Program-made: the position numbers and the translations under genes
Shown: positions 1 through 49,587 of the stretch, piece by piece
How the letters are laid out: every line of letters starts with the position of its first letter
How positions within the stretch are numbered: the stretch's first letter is position 1
Source of the DNA: Aplysia californica
Lineage: Eukaryota
Direction: 5' to 3'
DNA length: 49,587 nucleotides
Assembly (NCBI RefSeq): GCF_000002075.1
Contig: NW_004797395.1
Location: 201,447 to 251,033 of the forward strand
The notes under the pieces: generated by a model
Database searches by the model: none
What the model saw: only the letters and a program-made list of their open reading frames with translations
What the model was told of the DNA's origin: nothing

Positions 1-29
1 CCCCCCCCATACACAAGGAACGGAAAGCA

Positions 30-800
30 ATAGCCTGTTTTCCAGTCAACAAGCCTGTCAACTCTGATGCCCCATTTTATTGGTTTCATTTTCACGCACT
101 GTTTACATTTTAGCCTTCCTTTGAAATCAATGCACACTTTCTCCCTAGGAGTAAACTCCTTTTCAAAAAGCTACTGAAGGGTGATCAATCAAGCCATGTG
201 TAGGAGTAGGAGACCAAGCTTGTTTTCACGGATCACAATCTGCTCATTAACACTAACATCTCCTTCATTTTTTTTTCAGTTGGTAGCGTTTCCGATCTCC
301 CAAGCCAAAGTGGCTTGCCCATAGTCATTACCAATATCTTTGAGAGTGTTCAAAAAGTCTTTAGAAATACATTTACTATAGAAGTAATGAAGGGGAGAAG
401 AGCCACTGGGGTGAGAGTTTTGAGAAGTGAAGTTTGGAAGTGGGCGTTACCGTGATATTTGTTTTTTCTTCCATCCTGGGTTTGCATCAGCATTCGTAGG
501 CACCACACTAATCCATCTCCTGACTCGATGTCAGATCTTGGAAAATCTGCTTTGGAGGCATTATCATCTGAACTACTACCGACCTGGTCTACATCACTAC
601 CTGGAACAAAATTTTCATCACCAAACAACACCCAGGACATGCTACTATCACTGTCACTATCGTCAGGATTGGGCATCACCATGCTTACAAATCATGTATT
701 CACTTCCACACAAGCCATACTCAGGACATAGAACGGGACGGCAAAATAGATAGGAAAACGAGGAGGATGTATGTGAGTTCGTTCAATATATTTGAACAGG
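30..800 (-). mobile_element. piggyBac transposase fossil
   Basis: Minus strand near 60-132 reads CIDFKGRLKCKQCVKMKPIKWGIRV, a piggyBac DDD-domain signature; ORF 350..682 is the acidic S/D-rich N-terminus. Confidence 0.8.
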
Positions 801-854
801 CAACAAGTTGGCGAGTATCATATTATTCATATGCTCTTTGAAAATATAAAGAAT

Positions 855-1245
855 TCTTTTTTTAATAGTAGAGGGTTTTACGGCGCTCGCAACTGCATAA
901 ATAAGGTCATATGAGGGGTGGGTGAGTGGGTGTCAACAGAGAAGTCTTTACAGGGAATCAGACTTAAACTGCTCACCTCTCTAGCTTCAACAGCACAAGG
1001 TCTGCTTCGACTACCAAGGCACCCCAAAATAGCAGGTCACAAGAGAGTGACAAACGTACAAAAGAAGTAGAGGAAAATGACAATAGTAAGGATCAGGAAA
1101 GAAAAAGCAGCAGTTCCTTGTTGTAGGCACAGTTATGAGCGTGACATGAGTCAGCCCATGTACAATTTTACTATGCTTGAACGAGAAATTTCCCGCTTTT
1201 GGGAATGACCTAAAGACTTCAGTCAGTGGCACTGCCCCGCGGGGT
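855..1245 (-). mobile_element. SINE-like family A, copy 1
   Basis: About 385-bp repeat; 11-bp TSD ATATAAAGAAT (844-854 and 1246-1256); A-rich tail; 3' hairpin region. Confidence 0.85.
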
Positions 1246-2226
1246 ATATAAAGAATGATGATGAAAAATCCTTCAATTGTGCAAGAATGACACTTGGTTT
1301 GTTCGAGGAGCTGCTTTCTCTTTTGATGGACAGGATATCACCCGTCCTGCCACCACTGGGAAACTATGTCCAGAGCAACGAATCTTTGTAACTTTAAGGT
1401 GAGTACATGTAGATCTATGTCACACACAATAACAAAATATCCATACTATACAGAAACTAATCAGAGTTGCCTATCTCACATCTAGAGCGAGTGAATAGTT
1501 TTTTGCACACACGTTTAGGCCTAGAAGGGCCTGGCTCAGGCTTAAGATTCGTGACTCACAGACCGGTGAAAGAGTTTATCGGGCTGCACATCGATAAAGT
1601 TCGGGACTGGTCAGAGGGTTTTTCGGGCTCTCTGAGACAGTTGACTGTTAAATCTTATGCTTATAAGAAGCTGGGAAATTCATAGTAAGATAAATTATAT
1701 CGAAGTAAATGCCTCTGCTGTGCTGTGCTAGTTCCTACTTGAACCATGATATTGTGCACACGGCTAAGGTTGATCCTGGAAATTCAACCTATGCAATTCT
1801 TGCATCATGCTAATTTGGAAGGTAGACAATTTCTCCGGTGAAAGGGCTTTTATGAAAGGAAAAGTCCCTTTGAATTTGAACCACATCAAAAGAGGGTTTC
1901 TGTTTTATCCATCATTGATCAATAATGTGATCATTGCTTGGTCAAGGGCAGAATTGTTTGGCGACTTTGAAAAGTCTTTTTTTTTGTTTTTTTTTTTGCT
2001 TTGGCCTAACCGTGGTGTCCATTTCTGCAGTCACCATTGAGAAGAGAAGTTTCCTCATGCCCAATGTCATCTACATGAAGATCTTCTGCTCGGGACTCCA
2101 CTTCAATTGGTTGACTTGTTGAGGCCAAAGGTGTGAGGCTTACATAGACGATTTGTCCATGCTTGATTAAATGGTTCTTGATTGCGAGATGTTCAAAAAC
2201 TCCCTTTCTGCCTCATACTAGTCATA

Positions 2227-3071
2227 CAGTGGAACTCGGATTTGACGAGCTCGGATTCAACGAGATGAGATAGATTCCCTGTTTTTTTTTCTTCTTTGAA
2301 ATCAATAAATAACCCGGATTCAACGTGCTTTTAAATCAGCGAGCTCGGATTCAACGAGGTCGCTTCCAGGGTGAACAGCCCCCCCGCAGACGTGGCTTCG
2401 CTCAATTTTCTTCAAATAACGAATTTTATCTATTCCTGGAAACGATCCATTGCACCTGCATCGTAAATCATTATTCACTTAGTCGATTACATGCGACCAA
2501 TCAGCAGCCTTTTCCCATACCTACACATGCGTCGTTGGCACGCGTACGTGTCTACCCTAGCGTGTGTCGGGGTCGGATGGGCGGCCTGCACACGTGTGGC
2601 TGTGTGTGCGTGTTGGGGAGATGGGCGCACGAGTGGTCCGGGCGCTGAACGTCGCAGATTCAAACGCATCACGAGTCATAGTCTTTCCCCCCCCCCCCCC
2701 CCCCCCCCTCAGCAACTGATCATTATATTACAATGATAAGCTAGTCTTGACGTAGATCTACGTAATGAAATGTGCGCTGGTCTATGGAATAAAAAAGTTG
2801 CCGTACGCTGGCTCTAAACACAGCAACACAACTTTTTGGTAAACTATCCAGATGACACAGGCATGTGCGTTTGAACGAATCGGTCTTTTTTTTACACAGC
2901 TCATAATATGCAGACATTTCAGGCACTAACTTGTGACTTCTCTTTAGACATTACTACCTGCTCAGTGCTTGTAATTATCTACACAATACCGTGTGTTTGC
3001 TGTAACGAACACTCGGATTCAACGAGATTTTAGGTCAGGCCCGGCGACCTAGTTGAATCTTAGTTCCACTG
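2227..3071. mobile_element. Tc1/mariner (pogo/Tigger-type) MITE
   Basis: TA|CAGTGGAACT...AGTTCCACTG|TA; repeated subterminal CTCGGATTCAACGAG. Confidence 0.88.
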
Positions 3072-3273
3072 TAAAAACATGATTTGTGCGGGGTAAAGGC
3101 TGCAGAACTGCTTGAAGCTTTTGCCTTCCGTCAGGACAGCATCTTTGAAAGGTAAGGCGTGAACCTCTTGAAACTAAGACCCATGTCCAAGAAACCAGGA
3201 GTGGATAGAAGCCAAATTAGACTTAGTCTCACTTTGACATAGATTTATCCCACATCTCGAGCCTAGCTGGTGT

Positions 3274-3453
3274 TTAGTTTTAGTAGAGGTTTCACGGCGC
3301 TCGCAACTGCATAAGGCCATATGAGCGCCAGAAGAATAGAGGTGTTACAAGAGAGTAACAAACAAAAAAGAAGAAGGGGAGATCAGGACAATGGATGTTT
3401 GATAGGAAAGAAGAAGCAAACCACACCAGAGCACCGGCCAACCACCCACCCTT
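3274..3453 (-). mobile_element. SINE-like family B (~170 bp)
   Basis: Same 3' tail as family A but a different body; TSD GCTGGTGT (3266-3273 and 3454-3461). Related copies at 24662-24830, 30545-30668, 5374-5480 (+) and 27809-27860 (+). Confidence 0.8.
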
Positions 3454-5940
3454 GCTGGTGTGCGTACCCCATTTGTGACATTTATTCAACCAGGATAGCT
3501 AAAAAATACACCTTGTTTCATGCCTCTTCGGCTTGGTCTATTTTATATCCCGCATTTGCCCATCCCCCACAACTCTGCCATATGCATGGCACAACTCTCT
3601 CAAATGATGTATAAAGTCTTCAGAAATGAATTTCTCAAAATAATAAGTGGGTTTGGCGGTATCTATAGGTAATGGTTGCTTTGGACCAGTATGCTCCCTA
3701 AACGAAAATGGAGGCAAAACAATGGTATGGGTCGATCTCTGTACTCACATCCATCATTGTTTTTCATAGGTCTGTCATCCCTATCAATATCATCCACAAC
3801 TGACCCTAGGTTGTCGGATGAATCACCATCTGAGCTGCTATCCCCATGATCTAGCTCACTAACATCAGTATCACACTACCGGTATAAATAGTATCAATCC
3901 AATGGGAAGGATTTCCACGACATTGAGCTGTCACTGACAGCCTTACAATCATTGTCATTTTCACTCACTTCACATTATATGATGAAAGGAAGGCAAAAAC
4001 ATCAACATGGAAACGCTGGAAGTGAGAGATCGTTCATATTTCTTAGAACGGAAGTTGGTTTCTCCACACTGAAGAGAAGCTGAATCATTGGCAAGGAAAC
4101 ATACTATTACTATGTCTGTGCATCGGTACACCGGCCCTAAGTATGATTGAGGGTCGTTTGGTGAGCGCCCGTAGGTATATATGGAAGGGTTAATTTTGAA
4201 TTTTTATAAATTTCAGCTAGGTTTGAATTTGTCTATATCCGCACACACAAAGGACACAGAGAGGGAGAGATTCAGATACATACATGTAAATCACCGACAA
4301 AAAGACACTTTTTAAACAGCAGTAACAGTAACAGCAGAATCATTTCCCTTGAGGTTGGGCAGTTAGAGCTATTTTATTATCAGAACTGTTAAACAGTCAG
4401 CCCCACTATTCCGCCAACTTCATGTTCTCATTCCACTATAATGTAATGACGTCTGAATATATAAAGGAAAAACTATTTTTTCAGAGGCTTCTGTGAGAGA
4501 AAGGCTCATCTGTTAAAATCTGAGGATTGTCCATTCTCAGGTTGTCAGGTTGCAACGCCAAGTATTTGGCAAATGTCTGTTTATATATTTTACTTTCAAA
4601 AGAGACATTTTCTTTGCCTCATTATCTTTGCTGCTGTTTATGTCCAACTTAAACTGTGGCTAATGCAGAGACTGAACTGACTCTGTCTAGAGGCATTCCA
4701 CTCCAGATAACAGTTCGATGCCCATAAATTCTTTTTTAAGTTAAATCCGGGATTCTTTTCCTTTATCTTATAGTGGATTCATTGTCAGTGAAGCAGATTT
4801 CAATGTAATTTTATTCCTGCCAATAACATTGGTGATAACATGACAGGTCAAAAAGACGGCATTAGTTAAAACTAATTGCCAAGCATAGAAATATGAACAT
4901 GGAAGTAGGCCTGTTGCTTTAGTCACTTAAAAAATTACCAGAGAAATTCGGGAGTGAGAGTGAGTTGTTGATGTGTGTGGTTTCCTTATAGTTCTGTGTT
5001 AATTCTCTACAACATTGAAAAAATTTGGCTTTTTCCGTTACCAATAAGTCTCTGACCAGTTCCTTTTGTATTCCTCTGGAGTAAGCATGGTGCACATATC
5101 AGTTAAGAAAAATAAGGGCATACTGTCCTCTTAATTATCAAATACCTTGATAACTTTAAACTTCAATTGAAATTTTAAGATGTAAGTGTAAGTTCAATTT
5201 CAATACACAAAAGTATGTTACGTACATGTATGTGCTTTGCCACCTCTTTTTCTGTATGTAATTTATTGAGTTGTTTTGTTTGATACTTGAATGGAATAAA
5301 CACAACATGGACAATATCTCAGCCTTCATGTCATTATTTTGTCTTGTAACTTGTATTGCTTAAAAGTGTGAAAGTAGGTGGTTGGTGGGTGCTCAGGTGT
5401 GGTTTGTTCTTTCTTTCCTTTCAAACATCTTGCGTCCTTATCTCTCCTCCTCGTTAATGTCACTCTCTTGTAACACCTGTAGTCTTCAGCACTTAAATGA
5501 CCTGTGTTGCAAATGCTGTAAAACCATTTCCGAAACTAAAAAGTGTTGGAACAGAAATAAACGAATTCAACCAAGACATCAAAGATGAATTGTCTTTGAC
5601 TGATTGTTCAGGGGACACACACTTTGTCTTTGAAAGCTGTCATTTATTTTCTGGAATTCAGGCTTAAATTGACAAATGCTAAAACAATTTCAAAATATAA
5701 CAACCAGCACCCACCAGATCTGCAATGAGATAGTACAGAAAGGTGTAATAAAATCAAGTTTCTTCATTTCTAATAAGCTCTCAGTTAATAAAAGACAAAT
5801 ACACCAATAGTAAGACGTCAACTTAAAATGACAATAAGCTTCATCAACGGTAGAACAATTACCTCTGCAGCTTCAGGCTGGTGGTTACTTTAAGATTGGT
5901 TTTAATTTCTTTTCTGCACTCGTTTTCCAATAACTTTTAA

Positions 5941-6636
5941 CACATTACACCCTTAGGATCTGGACGGGAAGTCCATTCCTAGATCCAAAGCAAGGGGAAG
6001 GAACCCACCTCCCGTTAACACAAGCGTTTAAAAAACACATTTAAAAAATACTAAACAAATTCAAAAAAGCCTGAAAAAATACAAGTTTGACAGAAAAATG
6101 AACGCAGTTTCAGAAAAATATAACTTTATGCATGTGCAAATTGTTGGAAATGTTCTAACTTTAGTTCAATCGGGGTGTCCAACCCGTCACTCCCACTCTC
6201 AGCCTTGCGGCCGGGCCCTGGATCTAAATTCTACATCTGATAAATCTAAATCGACATAAACTATCGCTACAACGTTTTAATCAATATCCAATTCATCTGA
6301 TTTATCATATGCTTGTTTAAGTTCAAATCCATCGTTATTTCATTTTTTGAACTCAGTTGTGTTGCTTTTCAAGTCGAGACACCTTCGAAGTGTCAGAAAC
6401 GCAATCGCACTTCAATCAGTTTTAATGTGAAAACCACTGGCCCGAAAAATTTCGTTTCGGTATCAAACGGAAGAAGAAACATTTTTCAACCATGTAAATG
6501 TAAATCAAAATCTCGGCCCCAGAGTTTCGATAAGGCGAAACTTCATTTCTAAAGACTTTAAGTCGGTGGGGGCAGTTCTGGGCGAGTTAGAGTGGAGCGC
6601 GTATGAAAATTCTTGTGCGAGTTAGGGTGTAATTTG
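5941..6636. mobile_element. TTAA-flanked MITE (piggyBac-type)
   Basis: TTAA|CACATTACACCCT...AGGGTGTAATTTG|TTAA. Confidence 0.75.
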
Positions 6637-6722
6637 TTAATTCTGTGAAAAAAAGTAAGAATGATGAAAGTACAGGAGATTATCTGTCTCTTCAAATTAA
6701 AATCATCACTGGTCCACAGTTG

Positions 6723-6728
6723 TTTATT
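6723..6728 (-). terminator. Candidate NSUN2 polyadenylation signal (AATAAA)
   Basis: First canonical hexamer I noticed on the minus strand, about 570 nt after the stop; ATTAAA variants occur near 7150. Confidence 0.3.
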
Positions 6729-7299
6729 TAGAACTTAAAGTTTAAGCCCTTTGATTCTAGGCCAGACTGAACTTCTCAGAAACAAATTAAAAATATTACA
6801 TGACTCACAGACATGCGCGCAACTGAACATGTCAATAATTCAGTCTGTAAGGAAGATTAAGAGCTTCAGGAAATGACAAAGATAGAGCATATCTTATCAA
6901 AAACATTTACGGTTCAAAATGAAAAAAGTCAAACATATCTGACTTCTGTAACCGCTGAGCAATTGAATAAAAATAAACAGGCACTTTCCCTTGCTTCCAG
7001 AGATTGTAAATAAAGCCAATTACTTAGTATTACATACTGGTTCCTCTTTACAGACGGGACTGTTTATGTCAGTAAACAGAATTCTGTTCGGACAAGACTC
7101 CAAGCCACAAAAGCTCCAATGAAAAAAAAAACTGTAAAGTAAATCATGTGAATATCATTAATTGCACTTTAATTTTTAATATGTTGAAGCTGAGGAAGGG
7201 AAAGAGAATTTTAAAAAGGTAAAAGCTCATCCCAAATCCAAATTTGCTATCCCTAAAATTGTCTCCACAAAGGTTTAACTACTGCTATGCTTAAATCAG

Positions 7300-45117
<37,818 letters not shown>

Positions 45118-45379
45118 GATGATTTTGATGCCTTGATTTTCAGAAGGCTTTCTTTTCAGAAAGGCCTCGGGTTCAGAAATGTAATCAAGATGATCCTTCT
45201 CTTAGAATCTCTAACCCTGCACTTCACACGTGTTTCGTATCACAACACGACACAAAACAACACTGATCAACCAACCAACAGCAGCAAGCAGTCACGTTTT
45301 CAATTTTCATTTCACTCAGATCAGATCTCCGAGTCCCGAGTCTCAGAGGTCCGAGTACAAGTTAATCGAACTTTACGCA
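45118..45379. promoter_or_regulatory. NSUN2 5'UTR and promoter, probably bidirectional
   Basis: CpG-retaining segment between the NSUN2 ATG and a divergent ATG; E-box palindrome ACACGTGT at 45226-45233. Confidence 0.55.
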
Positions 45380-45471
45380 ATGATGCTTTACGTCACTTTT
45401 ATAGTCGTATTCGCTTTCTTCAACGAACAGAGAATCGAAGTACTCGAGTCTTTCGGCATTATGATCTGCAG
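45380..45471 (+). CDS. Candidate first exon of a divergent gene (MMLYVTFIVVFAFFNEQRIEVLESFGIMIC)
   Basis: ATG-initiated hydrophobic frame ending at CAG|gtacgc; no downstream exon identified in the window. Confidence 0.3.
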
Positions 45472-47149
45472 GTACGCCAAGCTTAGGGGCCTAGTATAGT
45501 GTGTGTGTATAGATGACTTAATTCAACATGAAATCGTTTGAAACGAAATTCTTGATAACGTGAAAGGATTTTAAAACCTTTTTACCGTTTCATTATAATA
45601 TATAATTCCATTGCAAATCCTCAAAACACGATCAATCAACATGAAGGAATGATGAGGGCATTTCATCATCCAGGCTGTAATTAAATTACTTATAGCGCCC
45701 ATGGCTCCTCCATTTATCTTTCACAGTAGTAGACCGATACAAATACAACGTAATACAACACAAGTTTAATTAGGCTATGACCTAGGCCCGTAGATATCTA
45801 AGAAGGAAGTGTCTATGTACTCCTGCCAACTATTATTCGTCCTGGTTGGAGGTCCGGGGACAAATTTTTGGTCAGTAAGGAGAAGGAGAGAAACCCCCCC
45901 CCCCCCCCCCCAAAAAAAAACAAAGTTTCTGAGACCGGGATTCGATGCCACGCCTGGAAGCACTGAGCATTAGAGAATATAGACAGCTTGTATGCATCCT
46001 CTAACGTTAGAGAACGTAGGCACTACCATCTAAGAAAGCCTTGGCTCAGAGGCTAGACATACAAAAAAAGAAACTCGGCTTCTCTATTTTCTGTAGGCCT
46101 ACGCAGTCGGTGGTATCAGCCTAGGGTGGTTTGTGGTTTGGTTTTGCCTCAGCAACTTACTGCCAACCGTCCCTATTTCAATGGAAAATACATCCCATTT
46201 TTGTTTCTGTTTTTTTACTTTTTTAAAAATTGTCAAAGTATCTTTATATTGTGCAGTACAGCTCTATGCTTAATTATTTTCATGTTTCGTTGTTTGTTAA
46301 TTGGTGGCCTTAAACTGAGTACATGTAATAGTAGCGTGGAAAACCATGGACTTGGATTCAAATTGAACATTTCTGCTGGATCATAGACTAGGTAAAACAG
46401 CAAAACGGAAGAAACAAGGATAGTAAGACAACTAGGCTATAGCCAAACAAACACTAAACAGCGATAACCGACAAAGGCCAACCATATGCATATTAATCGA
46501 ATCTGACTCAAGTATTTGCTCGAGTTTCTGAAATCAAATATCGTAGGCCTACATAACAGAATCTTTAGTAGTCTTAAACGGAATCGAACCTGCTCCGTCC
46601 ATGGTGCGATTCTCTCAAAATCGTGCACAGTGGCCAGCGTTTTTCCAACTTCGATAAAAATTGTATTATAAACATGACCGCACTGTTTTCATTTTAGGAA
46701 GATTAAATCTATTTATTTTTCTCTGGCGTCAATTTAGTCTCTATTTTTTAATGTATATTCAAAGCATAGCTTTTTATGAAGACTGTCCTTTAGTCAAATT
46801 ATTTAAAGTAAGATTTTCTTCTTGGTCATACTAGGCTATTTAGGCATTCAACTTCAGAATCTGCCAAAGACATTTTACTACTGCAACGACTGCCACGCCA
46901 CAGACCAATACTATTATGCTATCAAATATCAAACCGTTGTACTTTTTAAACTGCAGGCAGAGCCCCCCGCCCGCAGTCCGCAGAGCTAGATTATCAAACT
47001 CTACACTCTTCTCATCATAGATCTAGAAACATATTCATGCCTTAAGCTAAAAGTAGGCCCGGCAACGTATGGGCCTAACTAGTAGATCATAGTTGTTCTG
47101 TAGACTTGTCTTGCACCTGCACCCCCCCCCCCCCGAAAAAACGTGATGA

Positions 47150-47643
47150 AAGAACCAAGAAGGCAACACAGCTACTTCGGCGAAAGAGAGGGGGGGATGA
47201 TGGAGGTATGGGGTCAGGACGGGAGATGGAAGGAGGAAAATAGAGAGATAGAGAGAGGAAACAGAAAGATGGAGAGGATGAAGAAAGAGAGAACAGGAGA
47301 GGGATTGAAAGAGATGGTATGGTGGAAAGAGAGGGCGGGGCGGGATATATGGGAGATACAGAAAGAGATTGTAAAAAAGGGGGGGGGCAGAAAGAGAAAG
47401 AGGGACACGTGGAGAGGGAGGGAGGGAGAAAAGTGAAAGGGAGGGGACGAATAGAAAGGGGAAGAGACATAGATAGATCTAGAGGCAAGAGAGAGGGACA
47501 CAGACAGAAAGAGGTCGAGAGAAAGAAAATGGGGTGATTGTATAGCGACAGAGAAGTGGGAGATGGGGGAACAAGGAAAGAGACATAGACGGAAAGGGGG
47601 GCGGGGGGATACTGTAACCTCCTTGGGGGGTATGGAGAGGCAG

Positions 47644-47684
<41 letters not shown>

Positions 47685-47870
47685 GAGAGAGAGAGAGAGA
47701 GAGAGAGATTGAGGGGGGGGGGGATTATATCTAGGAAAAAGGGGGGGGTTGAGGGGAAAGAAGAATCCAAAGGGGGGGGGGGGGGGGAGAAAGAGGGAAG
47801 AGAAAGAGGGAGCGACAGAGACAGCGTTAAGCTAGGAGAAATAGGGGAGGGGGTAGAAGGGGGAGGGGGT
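47150..47870. repeat. Polypurine low-complexity tract with (GA)n at 47648-47708
   Basis: Direct reading; explains ORF 47087..47770 and its neighbours. Confidence 0.9.
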
Positions 47871-48199
47871 ATACACAGTTACAATAGAAACGTTCCAGTT
47901 GAAGAGAAGCCTGTGTATTGTGCTTATTATTCAACATGCAAAAACAAAAATTGACACAGACCTATTTCAATGTATGTCATGAAGTGCATTACTTTTTTGT
48001 TTCTTGATCATGTCTCATAAATGGTGGCACAGTGTTAAGCATGATTTTAAACTGGTACTCTTTGATTTGTTAAATTTCACGTCAGTAACGAGAATTGTTG
48101 CCCCTCGCAGTGATGCACGATTGGCGTGTTCTGCACGTTCTGCACATTCTGCGATTAATCGAGTCCGTTTTTTTTTGGGTAGATTTAGTTGTTGTTTTT

Positions 48200-49030
48200 T
48201 TCTGTGCTTTTAAAAAAATTAATTGTTGTGGCAGTCCATCCCACTCTTGTCCCAGTCGTTGCACGGTGTTAAAGTTAATGTCGTTTCGGGAGCTCACTCT
48301 TAGGCCCACAGGGTGACATGTGTGGCGAGTAGGCTGGCAATGGCAAAACATTCACATTTTCCTGCTGTAAGCACCTCTTTACCCGGGCAATGTGTGGGCA
48401 TGCATTGTCGTGCTGGAATGTGTGCATACGTCTGTGGGTTTGAAAGAAGGGAACAGAGTACGCCCGGAGAACATTCTGGTACTCGTTGGCGTTGACCGTT
48501 GGGTGGAAAAATGTGCAACTAGGTCCTGTGGTTAAGAGATATTCAACTTCACACCTTTACACTGCCACCGCCCCATCTGTCTATGTCATTCAAGTAGCAG
48601 TCTGCTAGACGTTATACTCTTCCAGAGTCTCTATGAAACTGGCGTGCAGAGCTGGTCGTTGTGAGAAAACGATCTCGAAGAGGCCAGAGCAGTATCTGTC
48701 TGTCTTCTTGGGAGGTATCGAACTGTGGTCTGCCTGGTCTGGGTCTGTCGGGTGTAACTCTGTCCCCGTGTTTTTTTGCACCCCGCATAATTTAGCAAAA
48801 TTTAATCATTTTTAGCATAATTTCTGATTATTTTCCTGTATCATTCCTTGCTAAAATTAACGGAATCGCATAATTTCACATTTTTGGGCTCAGTTTGCAT
48901 AATTTCAGAATTTTTCTTGCATAAAACGACAGGGACAGGTAACTCTAGTGACTTGGAACCCATCTTTCAGGATATTGATGGTAGGATGGGATCAATGAAG
49001 CACTTGCGCCACTCTATGGGCCGATAGTAC
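48200..49030 (-). mobile_element. Tc1 transposase fossil
   Basis: Minus strand reads DRPRPGRP..TSQEDRQI...LRDRFLT, GGGSV and FQHDNACPHIARV...NVNVLPLPAYSP, with stops and deletions. Confidence 0.88.
48760..48938. mobile_element. 179-bp MITE inserted in the Tc1 fossil
   Basis: CTGTCCC...GGGACAG ends; 6-bp direct repeat GTAACT (48754-48759 and 48939-48944). Confidence 0.7.
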
Positions 49031-49587
49031 AGCTTGGAGTATTCACTCTTACACATACAGCAGTAGAAGTTTTTTTTAAAAATGGAATGTGCATGCAACT
49101 TGTTTTCTTGGTTCCAAAACTCGCTTATGTGTTGATCTAAACACAATTTAGAAGGTTTCATAATTTCGGCGGAACTTAAGTCACAAAACGTGTTCATTTG
49201 CATGTGGGTCACGTGACCACGTGGTAGATCTAATTTTTTTGTTCAAGAGAAAAATCAGCGCGGAGTTATAGTTTGGTAAATGGTGAGTGATATATTCAAA
49301 ATTTCGCTCACTAACTCAAGTGGACAAAGGCACATTTACAAAAACAACAACACATTGGAAAGTTTCTATAGCCGTAGATAGATAGGTAGACAGGTAGATA
49401 GGGAGATAGAGGGTGAGAGAGAGTGAGAGAGATTTAAAGATTTCTTTACGATTTCAAAACGATTTATTGATTTGAAAGGCCTTTGGCCCATACATATTAC
49501 TATATTACACATTTTAACATAAGGCTCGGCAATTACATGCATTGGGGTAGCACATCAGATATTTAACATAAATTGGGCACGCACGCA

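Larger units (their letters stand above)
1270..4189 (-). mobile_element. Second, heavily decayed piggyBac element interrupted by a MITE and a SINE
   Basis: TTAA|CCCTT terminus at 4193-4185; acidic N-terminal remnant ~3780-3960; broken fragments LQAVLQ (~3110), WPQQV (~2120) and VYLPN*HDAR (~1800-1828) in transposase order. Confidence 0.6.

Noticed and set aside
350-753. Overlapping ORFs as host genes
   Set aside because: Explained by the piggyBac fossil; the plus-strand frames are antisense shadows.
47087-47954. Long ORFs (227 aa and others)
   Set aside because: Artefacts of a stop-poor polypurine/polypyrimidine tract.
48626-48815. Second exon of the divergent gene (ORF 48633..48815)
   Set aside because: The opposite strand is a clear Tc1 transposase fossil.

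Overview
AT-rich, intron-rich metazoan genomic DNA. The repeat content suggests an invertebrate, possibly a mollusc, but that is a weak inference. The window is dominated by one intact 21-exon gene on the minus strand, NSUN2 (RNA/tRNA m5C methyltransferase). My manual GT-AG splicing gives a CDS from 45117 down to 7300, 2328 nt, 775 aa, with every exon phase compatible. Introns and flanks contain a decayed 5'-truncated RT-RNase H LINE, two piggyBac fossils, a Tc1 fossil, L2-type LINE fragments, TA- and TTAA-flanked MITEs and several SINE families. The most unusual areas are: (i) the 9.8-kb first intron, a nested stack of Mutator-like (9-bp TSD) elements, one with about 1.6 kb of extra cargo, peppered with AGATCT palindromes; (ii) a GC-rich structured segment starting right at the intron-10 donor; (iii) a probable divergent first exon 263 bp from the NSUN2 ATG. 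No rRNA, intact tRNA or CRISPR is supported. All calls are by eye and no searches were run.
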